Shown here one piece after another: positions 36,560-47,253 of a DNA stretch of 64,000 bases. The stretch's first letter is position 1. Each line of letters opens with the position of its first letter. Source of the DNA: Ranitomeya imitator (Eukaryota). The position numbers and the translations under genes are program-made. The notes under the pieces were generated by a model. The model was not told where the DNA came from. It made no database searches and was given only the letters and a program-made list of their open reading frames with translations. The stretch is taken from NCBI RefSeq assembly GCF_032444005.1, contig NC_091291.1, forward strand, positions 43,586,001-43,650,000, read 5' to 3'.

Positions 36560-37400
36560 CACGGTCCCAGGGTCCGACTCGGTTCTGACCTTCAGCAGGT
36601 TCACCCAGTGTGCCATCAGGGAAATGTAGCATTCATGGCCACAAGCACTTGTCCACGTGTCGATTGTTAACTAGACCTTCACACTTATTGCGTTGGTCAG
36701 GGCACGGGTTATGTTATGGGACACGTGTTGGTGTAAGGCAAGGATGGCTTTCCGGGAGAAATAGTGTTGACTGGGGAGTGAATATCATGGGACAGCAACC
36801 GCCATGAGGTTACGGAAAGCCTCTGTGTCCACAAGCCTGAATGGCAACATATCCAGGGCAAGAAATCTGGAAATGTGGCCGTTTAGTTTTTGGACCTGTG
36901 GGTGGCTACGTATTTCTGCTTGCAGTCCACGGCCTGTTGTAGGGAAATATGAAGGCTGCGCTTGATATGACAAGTGCAGGGTGAGAGGGATCCATGCTTG
37001 CGTCCTGAACAGGGGATTGGCAAGCATGTAGCAAAGGAAAAAAGACAGTGGTGTCATCTGCAGACACTGATTGGTGACCCAGGTGTTTGTCCCACCAAGT
37101 CGGGTGCTTGGATGCCCTGTGCCTGAAGCTTGCTGGTGGTGGTCAGACTGGCCCCTGCTTATTTTGGTACGGCACAGGTTGCTAATGATCATTTTCTTAC
37201 CTTCTGCACTTTCTGTAAAAAAGCGCCAGATTGGGGAACACCTAACCCTTGATCTGGGATCTGGCCACGTAGGGGTGCTCTGGGGAACAGTTGACTGCTT
37301 TCTCCCTCTGTCAGGTTCACTGCCTTCTCCTAATGGTTTGTCGCTGCGGATCTCTCCTGCTCTGTGCTGCTGTGCTCATCATTATCTACCTCTTGAGACA
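36560..37400 (-). pseudogene. hAT transposase remnant (BED-finger region through first catalytic Asp)
   Basis: Minus-strand peptides NLCRTKISRG, LALDMLPFRLVDTEAFRNLMAVAVP, PSQHYFSRKAI and LTIDTWTSACGHECYISLMAHWV, with stops and frameshifts. Boundaries approximate. Confidence 0.75.
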
Positions 37401-38104
37401 GTAATTACTTTTCACTATTGTCAGCTTCTTCTGACCATGGCTGCTTAAATATTTGGGTATCAGCGCACACAATCTCCTCAGGTCCCTCTTGTAACTTGCA
37501 AGGTGACAGGCCAGAAGAAGCCATAAATGGAAAAGTTTAGAGCTCCTCAGAGTGTCTAAGTATGGTGTTACTTGTCTTCTAGGAATGGAATGTGGTGAAT
37601 ATTCATTTCTCTTAAGTAGCGGCACACCTGACCGTCGGCAGCTGCTGACACTGTGCTTGCTATTAAAGAACAATGAATACTCACTGCTCTCCACGCACAC
37701 AGTCCCGGTGTGCAGAGCAGTGAGTATCCCGGCAGCAGCCCTTCGGTTTGCAAGCAGCCCATGACATCCCTGCCATGCACTGCTTATAAGCATAAAGCAG
37801 CTGCTGCCATCAAAACAAGACGCTGCAAGGGAGCGCCGGGAAGGTAAGTGTAATGGTTTTGTTTTGTTAATGTTTTCTGATGGGGCCATGCACACCAGGA
37901 CGAAGAAGGGGGCCAATCATACCAGGATGCTATTAAAGAGAAATGAATATTCTTTGCCCTCGATGTCCATGGGCATGCAATGCAGTGAATATTAATTTTT
38001 CTTTAGCCGCGGGCACAGGAGTTAGTCACAGCAGCCTGCCTTTGTGACCTGCTGCTCCGCTGATGCCACTCCCCCACCTCCCCACCACAGACAGAGCTGG
38101 TACA

Positions 38105-38183
38105 TCCGGACTATAAGATGCACCCCCATTTTCCTCCACATTTTTGGAGAAAAAAAGTGCGTCTCATAGTCTGAAAAATATGG
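38105..38183. mobile_element. Terminus of a pogo/Tigger-like non-autonomous element
   Basis: GTGCGTCTCATAGTCTGAAAAATATGG|TA plus an internal inverted copy GGACTATAAGATGCAC. The other end was not found. Confidence 0.45.
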
Positions 38184-38718
38184 TATATATTGTAGAACTT
38201 TGGATATTCAGTGCCTTGAAAAAGTATTCATATCTTTTCCACATTTTTGTCACATTACACTAACAAACTTAAATGTTGTTAGGATTCGAGTTTCCTCTGC
38301 TGCACAGGGGGAATCTCGATCCATGTCTGCTGCGGTCTCCCATTCGGTATCGGCCGCAGTGGGCTCTGCTCAGCGGAGACGTCGCTCCCAGCGTCTCGCT
38401 GGGGCTGATTCGGTGCATAGGGTCACTACTGCCTTTTCTGGCTTTCCTATGGTACCCTGCACTGATCTGCGGCGAGCGAGCCTCTCTGGGACTAAGTCCT
38501 TGTTTACTCACACTGAGCATGCCCAGGGCAGCGTCTCCCATTGGAGGTCGAGGGCCACATGTTCGGTCACATGCTCAGGTGCTGCAGTACATTCCATTGG
38601 TCCTTCTGGAAGGTCCTGTAAGGGCAAAACATGCTCAGGTACTGCAGCACTTTCCATTGGTCCTTCTGGAAGGTCCTGAAAGGGCAAAAACTTCAGTAGC
38701 AGCTTCCTGTGCTGCAAC

Positions 38719-38759
38719 TATATAAACTGCGCATGACCGCACGGCCATGCGCTAGTATT
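38719..38759 (+). promoter_or_regulatory. LTR TATA box and inferred transcript 5' end / self-primer
   Basis: TATATAAA at 38719-38726. GCGCTAGTATT at 38749-38759 is the reverse complement of the PBS at 39179-39189. The same block is conserved in the Gypsy-5 LTR (~60651-60690, minus). Confidence 0.75.
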
Positions 38760-39206
38760 GTCTTATGTTATGTGCTTTTTGCCAGTGTGGTCACATGTAT
38801 GTGTGTTCAGGGACCCGGCTGAAATAAGCCCCTAGAATGCTGGCTCCTCCGGCGAGGAGATTGAGTCTGAATGTATTCAGGGACCCGGCTGAAATAAGCC
38901 CCTAGAATGCTGGCTCCTCCGGCGAGGAGTTTTGTGTGTTTGTGTGACCACTGACTGCTCTCTGTTTGGGCAGTTAGCCTGTGCCTCTGTGGAGTCTAAC
39001 AGGGCACAGTGCTTTCCTTTCACGGCTACTCAGTGAATTAACTGAGTTAGTCTATACCGCCATATAGCTCCGCCGTTTGCTAGCAGCAGGTACTCCTGCA
39101 CGGTGGACCCCGGGCTGCGAACGCACCAATATCAATAAACATCTCTATTTACTCGGTGCGTTCCGCTAGCCCTAACAGAATACTAGCGCCAGGGTCTGGC
39201 TAGTAA

Positions 39207-41023
39207 ATGGCGGACATTCAGCAATCTTTGCGGTATATCCAGCAGCTGGAGGGTAGGTTGGCGGCTCTCGAGAGCTCAACCTCAGCTGTGGATGTTACCG
39301 CAGTTGCTGTACAGGCTGCTAGCGTGGCTGCAGCAACCTTGTCCACTGCCACCCCTGTTCCGACGTTATCTCGCCTCCCGCTGCCAGAAAAATTTTCTGG
39401 AAATAGCAAAACTTGTAGGGGATTCGTGAGTCAGTGCTCTATTCACCTCGAGCTCCTGGCTGCACGTTTTCCTACAGTGCGGGCTGAGGTGGGATTTATT
39501 GTGTCTCTTTTGTCGGACAGGGCGTTGGAGTGGGCTACGCCGCTGTGGGAGCGTGGTGATCATGTGGTGCAGAGTGCTCCGTTGTTCCTGAGCACTCTGA
39601 AAAAGGTCTTTTTAGGACCTCAAGTCACCCATGACACAGCACTCCAACTACTGGCATTAACTCAGGGTGAGTCCTTGGTCAGCCATTTTTCCGTCCGCTT
39701 CCGTACTTTAGCTTCCGAGCTGGATTGGTCGGATAAAGCCCTTATCCCCATATTTTGGAGGGGCCTGGCTGACCACATTAAGGACGCTCTGGCCACTAGG
39801 GAGATTGCTGCCACACTGGAGGAGTTAATAACTGTCTCTACTCGTATTGACCTCCGTTTTAACGAGCGGAGGTTGGAGCGAGCCCAGTGTAGGCAGAGGT
39901 TTCGGCTGGCTCCAACCTTCGCCAAACCTTTGGAATCTCCAGTCCAGGCATCCGAGTCACATGAGGCCTTAGAGGTGACACGAGCAGGATCCAAGTCTCA
40001 GTCTGCCCGTGCACATAAGGTCCGTCATGTTTGCCAGCAGTCAGGACACCTTGCCTCCAAGGGTCCTCAGCGGTCAGGGAAACGTCAGCGTCTAGTGGCA
40101 GTTGGAGGAGGTACACTAGACACGGCGACGTTTGCCTCAAAGTTGTCCTTCAAGGGGACAATTACCATAGGCCCATCCACTCTTATGGTCGAGCTATGCG
40201 TGGATTCTGGGGCAGAGGGTAACTTTATGTCTTCCGCTTTTGCCCAGCGTCACGCAATACCCTTGGTGATGCTCGCCAAGCCGGTAACCGTTCGAGTCGT
40301 AAATGGGTCAACACTACCTTCACAGATTACCCACCAAACCATTCCTTTCACGCTATCTGTGTCTCCATCACATCAGGAGATAATCTCCCTATTAGTCATT
40401 CCTGAGGGAATTGATGAGGTCCTGTTGGGGATACCATGGCTTCGCTACCATTCTCCTCATATTGAGTGGTCCTCTGGGAGAATTCTGGGATGGAGTAAAT
40501 CCTGCGAGGGTAGATGTCTGAGGGAGTGCATTCAGGTTGCTACTACACAGGTACCCGCAGATCTTTCCTCTCTCCCCAAGCACTATTGGCCCTATGCAGA
40601 CGTGTTCTCCAAAAGAGCTGCGGAGACCCTTCCGCCTCACCGCCCCTATGACTGTCCTATTGACCTCTTGCCTGGTGCTGAGCCTCCCCGGGGTCGAGTC
40701 TATCCGTTATCTCTCCCGGAGATGGAGGCAATGTCCCAGTACATCCAGGAGAATCTGGCAAGAGGATTCATTAGGAAGTCAGTGTCACCGGCAGGGGCTG
40801 GGTTCTTCTTCGTACAGAAGAAGACTGGAGACTTACGTCCATGCATAGACTACAGGGGTCTTAACGCCATCACCGTTAAGAACAAGTACCCACTACCCCT
40901 GATATCTGAGCTGTTTGATAGGCTACGGGGAGCGAGGGTATTTACAAAGTTAGATCTGCGGGGTGCTTACAACCTGATTCACATCCGTGAGGGGGATGAA
41001 TGGAAGACGGCTTTTAACACCAG
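39207..41023 (+). CDS. Gypsy-4 gag-protease-RT(N-terminal), truncated by deletion
   Basis: LPEKFSG gag motif, decayed zinc knuckle, VDSGAEGNF protease, [11 protein letters not shown]. Coding stops at WKTAFNTR, before YLDD; the ORF track runs on into flank to 41105. Confidence 0.88.
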
Positions 41024-43426
41024 GGTGCGTTCCGCTAGCCCTAACAAATGTATTCTATTGGAATTGTATGTGACATACCAACACAAAGTAGCAAGTATTT
41101 GTTAAGTGTAAAGGAAATGATGCATGTTTTGGTAACTTTTTTTGAAAATATAAATCTGTAAATTGTGGCATGAATTTGTATATAGATGTAAGGGTGTGAC
41201 AGAGACTGTTTTTTACCTGCCCCTGAAGACATCTATTATAGTGTGAATATTAACTTGGGTTTTAGTGCATGTTATTGTATGATGTGAAATGTATAAAATG
41301 TAATGTAAAATGCATAGAGTGTTGTAGGTACCAAAGCTGCTGTGTGTACTGTATTGGTAAGGCCTAAGGTAACCTGGTGCATTCAGCTTAGGGGTAGGTA
41401 AAGTATAGAATATGTGCTAGTACTTAGGTAGTGATATGTAGGAACACTGGAACAAATAGGTAGTTGAGGGTCTCAGTAGTGTGTAGAAATAGGAATAGTA
41501 CATGCACCACCGAACCCATTCCCTCACATCTCCTCCAGTCTCTCTCTCCAGTCGTCACAACTCACCTAACTACAATCTTTAATCTCTCCCTCTCCTCTGG
41601 CATTTTCCCCTCCTCCTTCAAACACTCTATCATTACTCCATTACTAAAGAAATCCACCCTCGACCCATCCTGCAAAAACAACTACAGACCAGTCTCCAAC
41701 CTCCCCTTCATCTCTAAACTCTTGGAGCGACTGATATACTCCCGCCTTACCCGTTACCTCTCCACTCACTCCCTACTAGACCCTTCACAGTCCGGTTTCC
41801 GCCCCCTAACATCAAACAGAAACTGCACTCATCAAAGTGACCAATGACCTTCTGACAGCAAAACGTAATGGTGACCACTCTCTGCTCATTCTTCTCAACC
41901 TTTCTGCAGCTTTCGACACTGTTGATCACCCTCTCCTACTCTCTAGGCTCCAGTCACTTGGCATTAACCCCTTTCTGACATCGGACGTATTATCCCGTCC
42001 ATGTGGGGTGGGCCCCTATGACCATGGACGGGATAGTACGTCCAGCGCGATCGGCGGCGCTCACGGGGGGAGCGCCGCCGATCGCGGCCGGGTGTCAGCT
42101 GCCTATCGCAGCTGACATCCGGCACTATGTGCCAGGAGCGGTCACGGACCGCCCCCGGCACATTAACCTCTGGCACACCGCGATCAAAGATGATCGCGAT
42201 GTGCCGGCGGTGCAGGGAAGCACCGCGCAGGGAGGGGGCTCCCTGCGGGCTTCCCTGAGCCCCCCGCAGCAACGCGATGTGATCACGTTGCTGCGAGGGT
42301 TTTACCTCCCTCCCTCCCTGCTCGAGCCCCGGATCCAAGATGGCCGCGGATCCGGGTCCTGCAGGGAGGGAGGTGGCTTCACAGAGCCTGCTCAGAGCAG
42401 GCACTGTGAAGGCTGCAGCGCTGCATGTCAGATCAGTGATCTGACAGAGTGCTGTGCAAACTGTCAGATCACTGATCTGTGATGTCCCCCCCGGGACAAT
42501 GTAAAAAAGTAAAAAAAAAAATTTTCAAATGTGTAAAAAAAAATAAAAAAAAATATTCCAAAATAATGAAAAAAAAAAAATATTATTCCCATAAATACAT
42601 TTCTTTATCTAAATTAAAAAAAAAACAATAAAAGTACACATATTTAGTATCGCCGCGTCCGTAACGGCACGACCTATAAAACTGGCCCACTAGTTAACCC
42701 CTTCAGTAAACACCGTAAGAAAAAAAAAAAAAAACGAGGCAAAAAACAACGCTTTATTATCATACTGCCGAACAAAAAGTGGAATAACACGCGATCAAAA
42801 AGACAGATATAAATAACCATGGTACCGCTGAAAACGTCATCTTGTCCCGCAAAAAACGAGCCGCCATACAGCATCATCAGCAAAAAAATAAAAAAGTTAT
42901 AGTCCTGAGAATAAAGCGATGCCAAAATAATTATTTTTTCTATAAAATAGTTTTTATCGTATAAAAGCGCCAAAACATAAAAAAATGATATAAATGAGGT
43001 GTCGCTGTAATCGTACTGACCCGAAGAATAAAACTGCTTTATCAATTTTACCAAACGCGGAACGGTATAAACGCCTCCCCCAGAAGAAATTCATGAATAG
43101 CTGGTTTTTGGTCATTCTGCCTCACAAAAATCGGAATAAAAAGCGATCAAAAAATGTCACGTGCCCGAAAATGTTACGAATAAAAACGTCAACTCGTCCC
43201 GCAAAAAACAAGACCTCACATGACTCTGTGGACCAAAATATAGAAAAATTATAGCTCTCAAAATGTGGTAACGCAAAAAATATTTTTTGCAATAAAAAGC
43301 GTCTTTCAGTGTGTGACGGCTGCCAATCATAAAAATCCGCTAAAAAACCCGCTATAAAAGTAAATCTAACCCCCCTTCATCACCCCCTTAGTTAGGGAAA
43401 AATTAAAAAAATGTATTTATTTCCAT

Positions 43427-43653
43427 NNNNNNNNNNNNNNNNNNNNNNNNNNNNNNNNNNNNNNNNNNNNNNNNNNNNNNNNNNNNNNNNNNNNNNNNNN
43501 NNNNNNNNNNNNNNNNNNNNNNNNNNNNNNNNNNNNNNNNNNNNNNNNNNNNNNNNNNNNNNNNNNNNNNNNNNNNNNNNNNNNNNNNNNNNNNNNNNNN
43601 NNNNNNNNNNNNNNNNNNNNNNNNNNNNNNNNNNNNNNNNNNNNNNNNNNNNN
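43427..43653. other. Assembly gap (227 N)
   Basis: Run of N. Confidence 1.
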
Positions 43654-43800
43654 GGCTAAAGTTACAGTTAGGGTTTAGATTACATTTACGGTTGGGAATA
43701 GGGTTGGGATTAGGGTTAGGGGTGTGTCTGGGCTAGAGGTGTGGTTAGGGTTACTGTTGGGATTAGGGTTAGGGATGTGTTTGGATTAGGGTTTCAGTTA
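43654..43800 (+). repeat. Degenerate TTAGGG-like tract inside the TTAA element
   Basis: TTAGGG / GATTAGGGTTAGGG / GTTGGG units interspersed with other sequence. Confidence 0.7.
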
Positions 43801-46150
43801 TAATTGTGGGGTTTCCACTGTTTAGGCACATCAGGGGCTCTCCAAACGCGACATGGCGTCCGATCTCAATTCCAGCCAATTCTGCGTTGAAAAAGTAAAA
43901 CAGTGCTTCTTCCCTTCCGAGCTCTCCCGTGTGCCCAAACAGGGGTTTACCCCAACATATGGGGTATCAGCGTACTCAGGACAAATAGGACAACAACTTT
44001 TGGGGTCCAATTTCTTCTGTTACCCTTGGGAAAATACAAAACTCGGGGCTAAAACATATTTTTTGTGGGAAAAAAAAGGATTTTTTATTTTCACGGCTCT
44101 GCGTTATAAACTGTAGTGAAACACTTGGGGGTTCAAAGTTCTCACAACACATCTAGATTAGTTCCCTGGGGGGTCTAGTTTCCAATATGGGGTCACTTGT
44201 GGGGGGTTTCTACTGTTTAGGTACATTAGGGGTTCTGCAAACGCAATGTGACGTCTGCAGACCATTCCATCTAAGTCTGCATTCCAAATGGCGCTCCTTC
44301 CCTTCCGAGCTCTGCCATGCGCTCAAACGGTGGTTTCCCCCAACATACGGGGTATCAGCGTACTCAGGACAAATTGGACAACAACTTTTGCGGTCGAATT
44401 TCTCCTCTTACCCTCAGGAAAATACAAAACTGGGGGCTAAAAAATAATTTTGGGGGGAAAGATTTTTTTTTTTTAATTTTCACGGCTCTGCGTTACAAAC
44501 TGTAGTGAAACACTTGGGGGTTCAAAGCTATCACAACACATCTAGATGAGTTCCTTAGGGGGTCTAGTTTCCAAAATGGTGTCACTTGTGGGAGGTTTCT
44601 ACTGTTTAGGTACATTAGGGGCTCTGCAAATGCAATGTGACACCTGCAGACCATTCCATCTAAGTCCTCATTCCAAATGGAGCTCCTTCCCTTCCGAGCC
44701 CTCCCATGTTCCCAAACAGTGGTTCCTCCCCACATATGGGGTATCAGCGCACTCAGGACAAATTGGACAACAAATTGTGGGGTCGAATTTCTCCTGTTAC
44801 CCTCGGGAAAATACAAAACTGGGGGCTAAAAAATAATTTTTGTGGGAAAAAATTTTTGTTTTATTTTTACGGCTCTCCATTATAAACTTCTGTGAAGCCC
44901 TTGGTGGGTCAAAGCGCTCAGCACACATCTAGATAAGTTCCTAAGGGGGTCTACTTTCCAAAATGGTGTCACTTGTGGGGGGTTTCTACTGTTTAGGTAC
45001 ATTAGGAGCTCTGCAAACGCAATGTGACACCTGCAGACCATTCCATCTAAGTCTGCATTCAAATGGCACTCCTTCCCTTCTGAGCCCTCCCATGTGCCCA
45101 AACAGTGGTTCCCCCCACATATGGTGTATCATCGCACTCAGGACAAATTGGGCAACAAATTTTGGGGTCCAATTTCTCCTGTTACTCTCAGGAAAATACA
45201 AAACTGGGGGCTAAAAAAATAATTTTTGTGGGAAAAAATTTTTGTTTTATTTTTACGGCTCTCCATTATAAACTTCTGTGAAGCCCTTGGTGGGTCAAAG
45301 CGCTCAGCACACATCTAGATAAGTTCCTAAGGGGGTCTACTTTCCAAAATGGTGTCACTTGTGGGGGGTTTCAATGTTTAGGCACATCAGTGGCTCTTCA
45401 AACGCAACATGGCGTCCCATCTCAATTCCTGTCAATTTTGCATTGAAAAGTCAAACGGCGCTCCTTCCCTTCCGAGCTCTCCCATCCGCCCAAACAGTGG
45501 TTTACCCCCACATATGGGCTATCAGCGTATTCAGGACAAATTGTACAACAACTTTTGGGGTCCAATTTCTTCTCTTACCCTTGGGAAAATAAAAAATTGG
45601 GGGCGAAAAGATAATTTTTGTGAAAAAATATGATTTTTTTATTTTTACGGTTCTACATTATTAACTTCTGTGAAGCACTTGGTGGGTCAAAGTGCTCACC
45701 ACACCTCTAGATAAGTTCCTTAGGGGGTCTACTTTCCAAATTGGTGTCACTTGTGGGGGGTTTCAATGTTTAGCCACATCAGGGGCTCTCCAAACGAAAC
45801 ATGGCGTCCCATCTCAATTCCAGTCAATTTTGCATTGAAAAGTCAAATGGCACTCCTTCGCTTCCGAGCTCTGCCATGCGCCCAAACAGTGGTTTACCCC
45901 CACATGTGGGTTATTGGCATACTCAGGACAAATTGTACAACAATGTTTGGGGTCCATTTTCTCCTGTTACCCTTGGTAAAATAAAACAAATTGGAGCTGA
46001 ATTAAAATTTTTGTGAAAAAAAGTTAAATGTTCATTTTTATTTAAACATTCAAAAAATTCCTGTGAAGCACCAGAAGGGTTAATAAACTTCTTGAATATG
46101 GTTTTGAGAACCTTGAGGGGTGCAGTTTTTAGAATGGTGTCACACTTGGG
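43800..46150. repeat. ~388-bp tandem array, about 6 units
   Basis: Anchor CACTTGTGGG at 44194, 44583, 44970, 45356, 45748 (spacings 389, 387, 386, 392), with partial units at both ends. Confidence 0.92.
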
Positions 46151-47253
46151 TATTTTCTATCATATAGACCCCTCAAAATGACTTCAAATGAGATGTGGTC
46201 CCTAAAATAAAATGGTGTTGTAGAAATGAGAAATTGCTGGTCAACTTTTAACCCTTATAACTCCCTAACAAAAAAAAATTTTGGTTCCAAAATTGTGCTG
46301 ATGTAAAGTAGACATGTGGGAAATGTTACTTATTAAGTATTTTGCGTGACATATCTCTGTGATTTAATTGCATAAAAATTCAAAGTTGGAAAATTGCGAA
46401 ATTTTCATAATTTTCGCCAAATTTCCGTTTTTTTCACAAATAAACGCAGGTACTATCAAAGAATTTTTACCATTGTCATGAAGTACAATATGTCACGAGA
46501 AAACAATGTCAGAATCACCAGGATCCATTGAAGCGTTCCAGAGTTATAACCTCATAAAGGGACAGTGGTCAGAATTGTAAAAATTGGCCCGGTCATTAAC
46601 GTGCAAACCACCCTTGGGGGTAAAGGGGTTAAGGACACTGCTCTCTCCTGGTTCTCTTCCTATCTTTCTGAACGCTCCTTCAGTGTTCTGTTCTCCGTCT
46701 CCTCTTCATCCCCTCTTCCTCTCACTGTGGGGGTACCTCAGGGCTCAGTTCTTCGCCCCCTTCTCTTCTCTCTCTACACGGCCCCAATTGGACAGACCAT
46801 CAGCAGATTTGGCTTTCAGTACCATCTTTATGCCGATGACACACAACTATACACTTCCTCCCCTGACCTTACTCCCGCTGTACTACAGAACGCCACTGAC
46901 TGTCTGTCTGCAGTCTCCAACATCAAGTCTGCTCTCTATCTGAAACTCAACGTCTCCAAAACTGAACTTCTTCTGCTCCCGCCATCTACTAACCTCCCTA
47001 AATCTGACATTTCCTTCTCCGTGGGTGGCACCATAATATCACCCCGGCAGCAGGCTCGCTGTCTGGGTGTTATGTTTGAGTCCAATCTCTCCTTCACCTC
47101 CCATATGCAATCTCTTGCCCGCTCGTGCCGCTTACACCTAAAGAACATCTCTAGAATCCGCCCTTTGCTCACCATGGAAACAACAAAAACCCTCACTGTC
47201 GCCCTGATCCACTCCCGCCTGGACTACTGTAACGCTCTACTAATTGGCCTCCC

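Larger units (their letters stand above)
38277..41046 (+). mobile_element. Gypsy-4: 5' LTR, gag-PR-partial RT, joined to the last 23 nt of the 3' LTR
   Basis: LTR at 38277-39177; 41024-41046 is identical to 39155-39177; 5-bp TSD AATGT (38272-38276, 41047-41051). Confidence 0.93.
38209..41180 (+). mobile_element. Tc1 5' end split by Gypsy-4 (38209-38276 and 41047-~41180)
   Basis: CAGTGCCTTGAAAAAGTATTCA terminus; sequence resumes after the AATGT duplication. Confidence 0.65.
41968..46628. mobile_element. TTAA-targeting (piggyBac-type) non-autonomous element, spans the gap
   Basis: TTAA|CCCCTTT...AAAGGGG|TTAA, with TTAA duplicated (41964-41967, 46629-46632) inside L2. No transposase ORF. Confidence 0.8.

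Noticed and set aside
41964-42482. 146-159 aa ORFs at the left end of the TTAA element as transposase
   Set aside because: GC-rich, stop-poor sequence with no piggyBac DDD motifs.
43654-43800. Telomere or chromosome-fusion site next to the gap
   Set aside because: Short, degenerate and internal to a transposon, with no head-to-head TTAGGG/CCCTAA junction.
43800-46150. Regularly spaced repeats resembling a CRISPR array
   Set aside because: Whole ~388-bp units are homologous, there are no unique spacers or cas genes, and the context is eukaryotic.
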